Source: Candidatus Marinacidobacterales bacterium (GTDB taxonomy: Bacteria > Acidobacteriota > Vicinamibacteria > Marinacidobacterales > SMYC01). Taken from it: a stretch of DNA of 64,000 nucleotides. The notes under the pieces are model-generated. The model ran no database searches and had not been told where the DNA came from. It worked only from the letters and a program-made list of their open reading frames with translations. The first letter of the stretch is position 1. The number at the start of each line of letters is the position of its first letter. This document shows, piece by piece, positions 20,374 through 30,074 of the stretch. The stretch is taken from NCBI GenBank assembly GCA_965237955.1, contig OZ250169.1, positions 1,920,001 to 1,984,000 of the forward strand, in the 5' to 3' direction. Made by a program: the position numbers and the translations under genes.

Positions 20374-20502
20374 AAGCTCGTCGGACTGTTCCACACTACT
20401 CTCTGTGACGACTACACATCCCCCTCACCCCAGGCCCTCTCCCCCACGGGGGAGAGGGAGAGTCGGATCGACGAGCGGATCCTTTTGAAAGCTCGTCGGA
20501 CT
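20374..20502. repeat. REP-like palindrome flanked by 14-bp direct repeats
   Basis: CCCTCACCC-N4-CCCTCTCCCCC-ACG-GGGGAGAGGG at 20422-20458; AAGCTCGTCGGACT at 20374-20387 and 20489-20502. Confidence 0.65.
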
Positions 20503-20563
20503 AATATTAGGCGCTTGTTCTAGAATAGATCCTCAAACCAGTTCGCTAAGGAGAGTTTGCTCT

Positions 20564-21277
20564 ATGCCCTCGACACGATTCGTTTGGCTCTTAGGCTGCG
20601 TTTTGCTCTGCGCTCTTGCCGCCGGCTGTGGCGGAGGCGGCGGTCCGGCGGCCGAACCAGAGACAGTGGCTTCCGCGCCACCATCCGTGCCTTCCGGAGA
20701 CTCCGCCGACGAAGCGGGGTTAGAGGGGCTCGAAGAGGATTCCGAAGAGGGAGGATCTGATATCGCGACCGGCGCGTATCCGGTGGTCGAGATGCGCACC
20801 AACGTCGGCACGTTGGTGCTCGAGCTCTATCCTGACAAAGCCCCGAAGACCGTCGACAACTTTCTCTCGTATGTGCGCGGAGGGTTCTACGACGGGACCA
20901 TCTTCCACCGTGTCATGCCGGGGTTCGTCATCCAAGGCGGAGGGTTTACCGCGGACATGATGAAAAAAGACACCGAGCCTCCCATCGAGAACGAAGCCGA
21001 TAACGGGCTCTTGAACCTCCGGGGAGCGATTTGCATGGCGCGCACGGACGATCCCCAAAGCGCCACATCGCAGTTCTTCATCAACACCAAAGACAATCCG
21101 GCGCTCGATTTTCTAGAGCGCTCGCCCAGAGGTTGGGGCTATGCCGTGTTCGGCAAATTGATCGAGGGAATCGAGGTATTGGATAAGATCGAAAGCGCGC
21201 CCACGACGAGCCGAGACGGCTACCAGGACGTCCCCGTCGACGTCATTGTAATCGAAAGCGCGCGCATCATTAGCTGA
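20564..21277 (+). CDS. cyclophilin-type peptidyl-prolyl isomerase, lipoprotein
   Basis: LAAGC lipobox; APKTVDNF, FHRVMPGFVIQGGG, MART.DP.SATSQFFIN, YAVFG. Confidence 0.93.
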   Translation: MPSTRFVWLLGCVLLCALAAGCGGGGGPAAEPETVASAPPSVPSGDSADEAGLEGLEEDSEEGGSDIATGAYPVVEMRTNVGTLVLELYPDKAPKTVDNFLSYVRGGFYDGTIFHRVMPGFVIQGGGFTADMMKKDTEPPIENEADNGLLNLRGAICMARTDDPQSATSQFFINTKDNPALDFLERSPRGWGYAVFGKLIEGIEVLDKIESAPTTSRDGYQDVPVDVIVIESARIIS

Positions 21278-21330
21278 TGAGGCGACACTGCGCGCAGTTC
21301 CGGGGGTGTCGACCAGTGGAAGAAAAAATA

Positions 21331-21429
21331 ACGCAAAGTCGCAAAGTCGCGAAGTCGCAAAGGGGTCGACGCCGCTTTGCTTCACTCGATTCGAGTTCTT
21401 TGCGCCTTTGCGTCTTCGCGCCTTTGCGA
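21331..21429. repeat. inverted pair of octamer tandem arrays (CGCAAAGT)n...(CTTTGCGC)n
   Basis: Four 8-nt units on each arm around a ~35-nt spacer. Confidence 0.8.
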
Positions 21430-21463
21430 TTGTTTTTTGGCAACGGCCACTAGGCACTCGCAC

Positions 21464-22702
21464 TTGTCGCTGCGCGTGCTCCTGCTGCTGCCAACATCGA
21501 CTTACCGCACCCGCGACTTCATGGAAGCTGCGGCCCGACTAGGGGCTCTGGTCGTCGTCGCATCGGAAGAGCCCTCTACGATGGAGCGCCTCGCGGAAGA
21601 TTCGTTGCTGACGCTCGATTTCCTCGACGCTTCGGGATCGGCGGCGAAAGTGGTTTCGTTCCATGAGCGGTACCCGCTGAGCGCAGTCGTTTCCGTCGAC
21701 GAAGAGACGGCCGTCGTGGCCTCGACCATCTCCCAGAAGCTCGGTCTTCCTCATAACGCTCCCGAAGCCGCGATGCGAGCACGGCTCAAACACGTTATGC
21801 GCCGCGTCCTCGAAGCGGAGGGAGTTCCCGGTCCCGCGTATCGCGTGCTCGATACTGGGGACGATCCACGCCAGGCTGCGAGGCAGTTGCGCTATCCCGC
21901 CGTCGTCAAGCCGGTGTTTTTGTCAGGAAGCCGGGGAGTGCAACGGGTGAATGACGAAGAAGCGTTCGTCGGTGCGTTCGAGTGGTTGCGAAGCTTTCTC
22001 TCGCATCGCGACGTCAGAAAGCGCGGCGGCGAGCATGCAAGTGTCGTTCTACTGGAGGACTACGTACCGGGAGCCGAAGTTGCCCTCGAAGGGCTCTTGT
22101 CCGACGGGAAGCTCGAGATGCTCGCGCTCTTCGACAAACCCGATCCGCTCGAAGGCCCGTACTTCGAGGAGACGATCTACGTCACCCCGTCCCGGCTGTC
22201 GTCCGCGCTCAAAAACCAGATCGTCGAGGTCACGACACGTGCCGCTACGGCGCTTGGCTTGCGCCATGGCCCGGTCCACGCGGAGCTGAGACTGCCGCCT
22301 GAGCGCGCACCCTCGGTGATCGAGATTGCCGGAAGGTCGATCGGCGGGCTCTGCTCGCGGACGCTCCGTTTCGGTCTCGGCCTCTCTCTCGAAGAGCTGA
22401 TTTTGCGCCACGCTCTGGGTCGAGACGTGTCCGGTCTCGATCGTGAAGGGGGCGCTGCCGGCGTCATGATGATCCCAATCCCGAAAATGGGCATGCTCGA
22501 AGAGGTCACCGGCCTTGACGAAGCGAAGGCAACGGACGCGATCGAGGATGTAATCATCACCGCCCCACTTGGACGACGACTCGTACCTCTACCGGAAGGC
22601 TCGAGCTACCTGGGCTTCATCTTCGCCCGCGCCACGACACCCACCGAAGTCGAAGAGGCACTACGCGAAGCCCACCAAAAACTACGCTTCGCGATCAGCT
22701 GA
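21464..22702 (+). CDS. ATP-grasp domain ligase (L-amino-acid-ligase-like)
   Basis: K..MR..L, YPAVVKP..LSGSRGV, LLEDYVPG.E, FDKPDPLEGPYFEET, HAELR, IEIAGRSIGG; start TTG21464 inferred. Confidence 0.88.
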   Translation: MSLRVLLLLPTSTYRTRDFMEAAARLGALVVVASEEPSTMERLAEDSLLTLDFLDASGSAAKVVSFHERYPLSAVVSVDEETAVVASTISQKLGLPHNAPEAAMRARLKHVMRRVLEAEGVPGPAYRVLDTGDDPRQAARQLRYPAVVKPVFLSGSRGVQRVNDEEAFVGAFEWLRSFLSHRDVRKRGGEHASVVLLEDYVPGAEVALEGLLSDGKLEMLALFDKPDPLEGPYFEETIYVTPSRLSSALKNQIVEVTTRAATALGLRHGPVHAELRLPPERAPSVIEIAGRSIGGLCSRTLRFGLGLSLEELILRHALGRDVSGLDREGGAAGVMMIPIPKMGMLEEVTGLDEAKATDAIEDVIITAPLGRRLVPLPEGSSYLGFIFARATTPTEVEEALREAHQKLRFAIS

Positions 22703-22743
22703 TGGCCGACGGCTGATGGCCGATGGCGTGTCGGCGGCCAAAT

Positions 22744-23334
22744 TCACTTCGACGGAGCGTAATAAGGGTTTCTTCCCGTCGCGTGGTCGGTCGTGTCCAT
22801 GATCGCGCCGATCTGGGGGACGGCTTGGCGGATTGATTTTTCCACACCCTGTTTCAACGTCACGTCGGCCATGCCGCAACCCTGGCACCCGCCGCCCATT
22901 TTAATGAAGACCTCGTTATTCTTGACGTCAATGAGCTCGACCCAGCCGCCGTGCGCGGCGACGGCGGGATTGATCTCGCCGTCGAGGACGCTTTGAATTT
23001 TCTTCTTGATCTCCTCGGGATCGGGAAGAGCGCGAAGCGCGTCTTCGGCGATCGGCGTCTCGTCGCTCGAAAGCACCGAGCGGATCACAGTGCCGACTTG
23101 CTTGGCGATCGGCATCCAGTTGCCGCCGGTCGCCGCGGAGACGGTGACGACGCTGTCCTGGACCAGGACCGACTCGACGGTGTCGATCGCGAAGATCTGT
23201 TCGGCTAGGGGCGAGCCCTCGGCTTGCGCCTTGGCGCCGAAATAGATGGAGCCGTCGGGATAAACGGGCCTGTCCACCGTGAAGCGACAGGTCTGGTCGT
23301 CCTTGGGCTCTGCCTGGATGCTTATCTCGTCCAT
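22744..23334 (-). CDS. Nfu-type Fe-S cluster carrier (Nfu_N + NifU-C)
   Basis: SPLAEQIF N-terminal domain; INPAVAAHGG...MGGGCQGCG...TLKQGVE...DTTDH. Confidence 0.9.
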   Translation of the reverse strand: MDEISIQAEPKDDQTCRFTVDRPVYPDGSIYFGAKAQAEGSPLAEQIFAIDTVESVLVQDSVVTVSAATGGNWMPIAKQVGTVIRSVLSSDETPIAEDALRALPDPEEIKKKIQSVLDGEINPAVAAHGGWVELIDVKNNEVFIKMGGGCQGCGMADVTLKQGVEKSIRQAVPQIGAIMDTTDHATGRNPYYAPSK

Positions 23335-23342
23335 TTTTCCTC

Positions 23343-24755
23343 CTAATACGGTTCCATGATACTACGGCGCGGCCCCGCTTCCGAGAGGACCAACTGGTCC
23401 TCGGTAGGCTCCGCTCAGCAAAACCACGCTTCGGTGAGGCGGGGCGCTTTGGCCGTCCCGGCTCCGAGTGGCACGTTCACACCGACGAGCTCGGCTAGAG
23501 AACGGAAAACATCAGGGTTCGACAAGCCGTCGCGCGTTCCCGACGCGACCAGGGCCGTCGCCTCTTCGTGGAGCCGATCCATCTCTGGATCGGGATGGGT
23601 CCAGCGATAGGTGAGCGCGGCGCGATCCAACTCACCGAGGTGCGGTCGAAGCCCGGGGTTTTCGAGTAGCAAGGCTCCCGGCGGCAAGAGAAGCCTCAAC
23701 GTGAGCTGGATCGGGTCGACGTGGTGGATGAGGTCCTCGTCGGCCACCCAACGAAACAGCTCGCGATAATCGTCGTAGCTCGTCCACGGGGTGAACGCCA
23801 CGAACGTGGGTCGAAGGGCAATCCCGGCTTCGCGTGTGAGCGTCAAGACTTCGCGTGCATCTCGGGCGGTGTGGCCCTTGTCGAGCTCTTCGAGCACACG
23901 GTCGCTCAACGATTCCACGGCGGAAACGATGAAGGTGCACCCTGAGTCCGCGAGCTCTTCCAAGTCGTCGCGTCGCTTGAGAATGTGCTCCACTTTCGCG
24001 GTGAAGTCGAACGTCATCGCCGGATGTTCTCGATGCATCGCGCGGACGATCTCGAGCGCGTGACGCGGTCCGTTCAGAAAATCGGGATCGGCGAAGTTGA
24101 TGTGGCGCGCGCCCGCCTCGACGAGCTGTCGGATATCGGAGAGCACGGTTTCCGGGGGCACGACGAAAAAGCGTCCGTGGTAGACCGGGGGCAGAGGGCA
24201 GTGCCTGCAGTGATGGCGGCAGCCGCGACTCGCTTCGACGGTTCCGACGATCGCGTGCGATCCGTCGGTGCGCTCGACATGAACGTAGCGGTCGAGCTTC
24301 GGGAGCTGGGCTCGCTCGGGCACGAGATAGTCGAGTCGCTTCCGAAACGGTGCCGGTACCAGGGGCACGCGCTCGTCCCGGGTGATCCAGGACACCAGCG
24401 CTTCGTCGCACTCGCCACTCAAAACGGCATCGGCTCCGGCACTATCGACGAGCATTTCCGAGTTGAGGGTGGCATAGAGCCCGTAAAAGCAAAGTTGGCA
24501 GCCTGGATTGAGCTCCAGGACGCGCTCGGCCACGAGGACACCCAGACGGAGCGCCGTGTGCATCGGGACCGATACCGCGACGAAATCCGCGCGCCGTACT
24601 TTGTCCTCGTCGAGCGGATCCACGCCCAGATCGATGGCCTCGGCCTCGATGCCAGCGCGCTCCAAAAAAGCCAGTGGGCTCGCCAGACCCAACGGCTGGT
24701 GTCCCAACTCGTAGCACGAGATCAGGAGCACGTTGGGGCGTGCGGGATGGTGCAT
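23343..24755 (-). CDS. B12-binding radical SAM selenoprotein with a CUAEP tail (Sec at TGA 23415-23417)
   Basis: N-terminal B12-binding-like domain; SRGCRHHCRHC; readthrough gives TEAWFC-U-AEPTEDQLVLSEAGPRRSIMEPY* ending at TAG 23343, 8 nt before the nfu ATG. Confidence 0.88.
23381..23404 (-). promoter_or_regulatory. candidate bacterial SECIS hairpin
   Basis: Minus strand CC-GAGGACC-AGTT-GGTCCTC-TCGG beginning about 10 nt after the UGA; G in the apical loop. Confidence 0.65.
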
Positions 24756-24819
24756 GACACTATTTATGACTAATCTGGTAACAAAAGTCCAATCAAACGT
24801 TCGGGTGTTGCCCAGCCTT

Positions 24820-24970
24820 CGTGCCCGTGCCCTACCCCCTCCTCGATACTAAAATGATGATAGGAGCCATCGACTTCTGACTTCGAGCCCGGCTGCCGAA
24901 TGTGCGGCAATCTTGGACGTTTTGCCAGCGATGGCGCGCGAGCGAAAACGGATCGGGCACGGGCACGGGG
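24820..24970. repeat. inverted hexamer tandem units (CGTGCC)n...(GGGCAC)n
   Basis: CGTGCCCGTGCCC at ~24820 and CGGGCACGGGCACGGG at ~24954; similar single arms at 50390-50412 and 63827-63848. Confidence 0.55.
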
Positions 24971-25053
24971 GGTGGCAATCTAGTTATCGGGAACTGGATT
25001 CCATAAAACGGAACGTGCATAATGCACGGGCATCTACGCCGCCCATCTCACGG

Positions 25054-27240
25054 ATGAGGATATCGGGGTCTCGAATACCTGGCACTTCTGACCAACCGGG
25101 CATCGCTATCGCCGGATACACCTTACGAGGTCTCCTGTTTGCTTTTCTCCTCGTCGCTCCGGCGGAGGTCCGCGCCCAAGATGAAGTGACCCTGCAGGCG
25201 GAAACCCAGCAACAGCTGGGCGACGGTCTCGTCAAAGCTGAGGGGTACGTTTCCATCCGTGCCGGATCGGCGCACCTGACCGCGGATCGTGTCGATTATT
25301 GGCCAGATGAAGGCCGCGTCGTTGCCGAGGGCAACGTCGTGTACCAGCAAGACGACCAGAAGATCGTTGCCGCTCGGCTCGAGGTAGACCTGAATACCAA
25401 AACCGGCCGGTTCTTGAACGCTTTCGGTATGGCGGGCCGCGACTTCTACTTCTATGGGGATGTCATCGAGAAAAAGTCCGAGGACATTTACGTTATCGAG
25501 GGCGGCTGGTTTACGTCGTGCGCGCAGCCGACCCCTCGGTGGCAGTTCACTGCCGGTAAGGCGACGCTGAAGCGAGACCACCACGTATCGCTCCATCACA
25601 CGCTGTTGCGGGTGAAGTCGCTCCCGGTGTTCTACTTGCCCTATTTCTATTACCCCATCAACGACGAGGACCGCTCCACGGGGCTGTTATTGCCCCAGAT
25701 CGGGAACTCCTCGTTGAAAGGCTTCATCTACAACCAAGCGTTCTTTTGGGCGATCAACCGTTCGATGGACGCGACGTTTACCTTCGAGCGGTTTTCGGAG
25801 ATCGGAAACGGTGGCTCACTCGAATACCGCTACGTCGAAAGCCCCGGCTCACGAGGTGAGGTCGACGCGTTCTTGATTCGGAACTCGCAGGCGAACACCC
25901 AGGAGTACACCATCAACGCGTTCGTGAACCAGAGACTGCCCTGGAACTTCAAAGCGGTCGCTCGCGTCGATTTTTTCAGCAGCTTCGAGTTCCAGCAGCA
26001 GTTTCAGGAAAACTACAACCGTGCCACGAGGCGCTCCAAGAGAGCATCGGGCACGATCTCTGGATCGTTCAACCAGTACAACCTCCGTATCCTGTTCGAT
26101 CGCAACGACACGTCCTTCGGTGAGCGTGTTGCGGTCCGGAAGATCCTGCCGAGCGTGAAGCTGAGCTCGCGCCCGAGCGAGATTTTCGGCACGCCGATTC
26201 TCTTCTCGTTCAAGACGGAGGCGACATCTCTCGCGCGAACCACCCGGGGCCAGTTGTTCGAGTACGAGCGCTTCGACGTTTTCCCGACCGTGTCCTATCC
26301 GTTCACGGGCCTGAGCTATCTAACAGCGCGCCTGAGCCTCTCGGGACGATACACGCACTATACGTCGGCGTTGGCAGGCCGAGACCTCGAAGACGTGGGT
26401 ATCGACCGGAAGTACTTCGAGACGCGCATGGACGTCCGTGGCCCGACGTTCGCGAAGATTTTCAATTCTGACAACGGTGGCTACGCGGCGGCGTACAAGC
26501 ACATCATCGAGCCTCAAGTGGTGTGGAGTTATCGCTCACGCGTCGACAACTTCGACTTCATCCCCAAGTTCGACGGTCAGGACTACGTTCCGGGAACCAA
26601 CCAGGTCGCGTTCTCTCTCGTCAACCGTTTTCTTGCGAAGCGCATCGTCAACGGAAAAGAGCAGCAGACCGCGACCGCGATGCTGACGTGGACCCTCTCC
26701 CAGCGCTACTTCTTCAACATCAACGCGTCGCTCTACGACCGGCAATTCTCGACGCCCTACTATTCAGAGGGCGGTATTCCGAGTAGTCGCTCGCCGATTA
26801 CTTCCCGAGTAAACTACCGCCCGTCACGAAACCTCACCGCCAGTTGGAACTTGGACTACGACTTGAACTTCAACGCGATCCGCTCCTCGAGCACCGCGGC
26901 GACTTATGGAGGACGGTGGGGGTCGGTGCGCGGTCTGTGGACGCGCCGCAATATTCCCGATCGGGATGTCAAACGCAGCAACTTCCGGATCGGTACCGCG
27001 TTGAACGTAGCCCGCGGAACTCAAGTCAACTTTAACACGAGCTACGACGTCACTTCGAGAGAGCTCACCAACGTGCGTGCCGGCGTTGTCTACAACATCC
27101 AATGCTGTGGGTTCATGGTCGAGTTCAACCGTTTCAACTTCCGCGGGTTCCGCGAAGAGAACACGATTCGGTTCGGGATTACGCTCGCCAATATCGGGAG
27201 CTTCGGCACCTCGCTCGGCGGTTCCGGGCGCGTGTACTGA
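25054..27240 (+). CDS. lptD: LPS assembly protein LptD
   Basis: Signal peptide, OstA-like jellyroll (AEGNV, FTSC...P.W), R.TGLL.P, beta-barrel ending in QCC; start uncertain (ATG25054 chosen). Confidence 0.88.
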   Translation: MRISGSRIPGTSDQPGIAIAGYTLRGLLFAFLLVAPAEVRAQDEVTLQAETQQQLGDGLVKAEGYVSIRAGSAHLTADRVDYWPDEGRVVAEGNVVYQQDDQKIVAARLEVDLNTKTGRFLNAFGMAGRDFYFYGDVIEKKSEDIYVIEGGWFTSCAQPTPRWQFTAGKATLKRDHHVSLHHTLLRVKSLPVFYLPYFYYPINDEDRSTGLLLPQIGNSSLKGFIYNQAFFWAINRSMDATFTFERFSEIGNGGSLEYRYVESPGSRGEVDAFLIRNSQANTQEYTINAFVNQRLPWNFKAVARVDFFSSFEFQQQFQENYNRATRRSKRASGTISGSFNQYNLRILFDRNDTSFGERVAVRKILPSVKLSSRPSEIFGTPILFSFKTEATSLARTTRGQLFEYERFDVFPTVSYPFTGLSYLTARLSLSGRYTHYTSALAGRDLEDVGIDRKYFETRMDVRGPTFAKIFNSDNGGYAAAYKHIIEPQVVWSYRSRVDNFDFIPKFDGQDYVPGTNQVAFSLVNRFLAKRIVNGKEQQTATAMLTWTLSQRYFFNINASLYDRQFSTPYYSEGGIPSSRSPITSRVNYRPSRNLTASWNLDYDLNFNAIRSSSTAATYGGRWGSVRGLWTRRNIPDRDVKRSNFRIGTALNVARGTQVNFNTSYDVTSRELTNVRAGVVYNIQCCGFMVEFNRFNFRGFREENTIRFGITLANIGSFGTSLGGSGRVY

Positions 27241-27259
27241 CAGATGCCGTGAAAATCCC

Positions 27260-28123
27260 GTGAAAATCCTGGTGACGGGAGCCGGTGGGCTCGTCGGAAG
27301 CCTCGTCGTCGAGCGCGCGGCGGCGGATCATGACATCCGCGGTCTTGTGCGTGCCGAGCTCGACGTCACCGACCCGGGCGCCGTCCGGAGCGCCGTTCGG
27401 GAGTTTTCCCCGCACGTCGTGCTACACTGCGCGGCTTACACCGACGTGGACGGCGCCGAGCGCAACCCGGAGCGGGCCCTCGAAGTGAACGCGGATGCCA
27501 CCGAGCAGGTGGCGGTCGCGGCCAAAGAGCTTGGAGCGAGCCTGGTCTATGTCAGCACCGACTATGTATTCGATGGCAAAGGGGCGACGCCCTATCGAGA
27601 AAGTGACGCCACAAAACCTCTCTCGAGCTACGGGGTCTCGAAGCTCGAAGGTGAGCGACGGGTGGAGGACGCGTGTCCCGAGCGCTTCATCATCGTTCGC
27701 ACCGGTTGGCTCTACGGAGCCGGCAAAGGTTTTGTGGACTGGGCCCGCGCCCGCCTGGTCGGGTCCGAGCAGCTTCCCGTCGTCGACGATCAAAAAGGCT
27801 CGCCGACATACGCGGGCGATCTGGCCGATGCGCTTCTCGAGCTCGCCACCGGCGCTCATCGTGGCGTCTTTCATTTCGTGAACCAAGGGGAAGCAACCTG
27901 GCTCGACCTCGGCCGCGCCGTCGCCCAAGAGCTGGGCCACGGCCCGGCGAAGTTGAAGCCGATCCGTGGGGAAACGCTGCGGCGTCCGGCACCGAGACCG
28001 GCGTATTCGGCTCTGTCAGTCAGCCACTACGAGAAAACGACTGCAAAGCGCGTTCGCCCCTGGCGCGAAGCGCTGAACGCATATTTGCGGATGGCTGATG
28101 GCCGACGGCCGATGGCGGATTGA
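27260..28123 (+). CDS. rfbD: dTDP-4-dehydrorhamnose reductase
   Basis: ILVTGAGGLVG, AAYTDVDGAE, STDYVFDG, YGVSK, DQKGSPT, APRPAYS; GTG27260. Confidence 0.93.
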   Translation: MKILVTGAGGLVGSLVVERAAADHDIRGLVRAELDVTDPGAVRSAVREFSPHVVLHCAAYTDVDGAERNPERALEVNADATEQVAVAAKELGASLVYVSTDYVFDGKGATPYRESDATKPLSSYGVSKLEGERRVEDACPERFIIVRTGWLYGAGKGFVDWARARLVGSEQLPVVDDQKGSPTYAGDLADALLELATGAHRGVFHFVNQGEATWLDLGRAVAQELGHGPAKLKPIRGETLRRPAPRPAYSALSVSHYEKTTAKRVRPWREALNAYLRMADGRRPMAD

Positions 28124-28133
28124 AGGAGAACGA

Positions 28134-29096
28134 ATGAAAGCACTGATAACTGGAATCACCGGCTTCGCGGGAAGTCATCTAGCCGAGTACATCCTCGGCG
28201 AGCATCGCGACTACGAGGTCTACGGCACGATGCGGTGGCGAAGCCGAACCGAGAACATCCGAGATATCGAGTCCAAGATCCAACTGATCGAGTGCGACGT
28301 GAGGGACTCGAGCTCGGTCAAGAAGCTCATCGAGCGTGCGGAGCCCGATCGCATCTTCCACCTCGCGGCGCAAAGCTTCGTGCCGTCGTCGTGGAACGCT
28401 CCTGCGGAGTCGCTCAGCACCAACATTCTCGGTCAGCTCAACATTTTCGAAGCCGTGCGGGCACTGAACCTCGACCCGTGGATCCAGATCGCATGCTCGA
28501 GCGAAGAGTACGGGATGGTCTATGAGGACGAGCTGCCGATCAAAGAGACGAACCCGCTGCGTCCACTGTCACCGTACGCGGTGAGCAAAGTGGGGCAGGA
28601 CTATCTTGGCTACCAATACTGTCAGAGCTTCGGCATGAAAGTGATCCGCACCCGTGGGTTCAACCACGACGGCCCGCGGCGGGGCGACGTGTTCGTGTCA
28701 TCGAACTTCGCCAAGCAGCTCGTCGCGATCGAGAAAGGCAAAAAACCACCGCTCATCGAGGTGGGTAACCTCGAAGCCCGACGTGATTTCACCGACGTGC
28801 GCGACATGGTTCGAGGGTACTGGCTCGCGCTCGATGGAAACTGTGAGCCCGGTGAAGCGTACAACATCGCAAGCGGCACCGACTGGTGCATCCAGGACGT
28901 GCTCGACAAGTTGATCGATCTGTCGGGTCAGAAAGTCGAAGTCCGGGAAGATCCAGCCAGGCTGCGCCCTTCCGACGTGCCCGTGCTCCTCGGCGATGCG
29001 TCGAAGTTCAGAAAAGCCACGGGCTGGACGACCAGTATTCCCTACGAGCAAACGCTTCAGGACATGCTCGACTACTGGAGAGCGGAGATCGACTAA
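28134..29096 (+). CDS. GDP-mannose 4,6-dehydratase-family SDR
   Basis: LITGITGFAGSHL, HLAAQSFV, SSEEYG, PLSPYAVSK, GNLEARRDF. Confidence 0.88.
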   Translation: MKALITGITGFAGSHLAEYILGEHRDYEVYGTMRWRSRTENIRDIESKIQLIECDVRDSSSVKKLIERAEPDRIFHLAAQSFVPSSWNAPAESLSTNILGQLNIFEAVRALNLDPWIQIACSSEEYGMVYEDELPIKETNPLRPLSPYAVSKVGQDYLGYQYCQSFGMKVIRTRGFNHDGPRRGDVFVSSNFAKQLVAIEKGKKPPLIEVGNLEARRDFTDVRDMVRGYWLALDGNCEPGEAYNIASGTDWCIQDVLDKLIDLSGQKVEVREDPARLRPSDVPVLLGDASKFRKATGWTTSIPYEQTLQDMLDYWRAEID

Positions 29097-30068
29097 GTGC
29101 TGTCCCTCGTCACTGGAGCGGCTGGCTTCGTCGGCCGTCATCTCACCCGGCACTTGAAAGACCGCGGGCACGTTGTATCGGCCCTCGTCCACCCGAGCGA
29201 GCACAACGAGGACCTCGAGCTCGATGGTGTCGCCACCATCGAAGCCGCCGATCTGTTGGACGAGCGTGCGCTCGCGGGCGCCGTCGCCCGCCTCGAGCCG
29301 GATGCGATCTATCACCTCGCCGCGTTCTCGAACCCCGAGAGCTCCCTGAAGTATGCGCGCCAGACTTTGGAGACCAACATTCTCGGCACCCAAAATCTCT
29401 TGGAGGCTGCGCGCCACGGCGGACGCGCGCCCCGGATACTCCTCGTTGGCTCGGCTCAGCAGTACGGGAAGGTCACCGAAGACGAGCAACCGATTTCAGA
29501 AGAGCGTGTTCAGAAACCCCTCACCCCCTACTCGGTGAGCAAGGCGTCCCAAGAGCTTCTCGGGCAGAGCTATTTTCTTTCGGAAGGCTTGCCCGTTTTT
29601 TGGACTCGCTCGTTCAACCATACCGGCCCGGGCCAGGCGGACTTCTACGTTTGTTCCAGCTTCGCCCGGCAGGTGGCAGAGGTTGAAAACGGCAAGAGAG
29701 CTCCCGAGATCCACGTGGGAAACCTTGCCGCGCGGCGTGATTTCACCGACGTACGCGACGTCGCACGCGCGTACACGGCGATCGTCGAGCGCGGTCAGCC
29801 GGGCCGCGCCTACAACGTTTGCCGTGGAGAGGCGGTATCGATTCAGGAAGTGCTCGACACGTTGATCGAGCTTTCGACCGCGGACGTCGAAGTGCGAGTC
29901 GACCCGGAGCGCTACCACGCGCTCGATGCCCCGTTGATTTTCGGCGACGCCACCCGTCTTCGTGAAGATACCGGGTGGAGTCCCGAGTTTTCTCTCAGAG
30001 ACACCCTCTCCGACTTATTGAACGACTGGCGCGGCAAGATCAACAAGGGCGACGAAAACAACAGGTAG
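29097..30068 (+). CDS. GDP-sugar dehydratase/reductase SDR (Rmd-like)
   Basis: TGAAGFVG, YHLAA, YSVSK, RSFNHTGPGQ, VGNLAARRDF. Confidence 0.85.
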   Translation: MLSLVTGAAGFVGRHLTRHLKDRGHVVSALVHPSEHNEDLELDGVATIEAADLLDERALAGAVARLEPDAIYHLAAFSNPESSLKYARQTLETNILGTQNLLEAARHGGRAPRILLVGSAQQYGKVTEDEQPISEERVQKPLTPYSVSKASQELLGQSYFLSEGLPVFWTRSFNHTGPGQADFYVCSSFARQVAEVENGKRAPEIHVGNLAARRDFTDVRDVARAYTAIVERGQPGRAYNVCRGEAVSIQEVLDTLIELSTADVEVRVDPERYHALDAPLIFGDATRLREDTGWSPEFSLRDTLSDLLNDWRGKINKGDENNR

Positions 30069-30074
30069 TAACCG

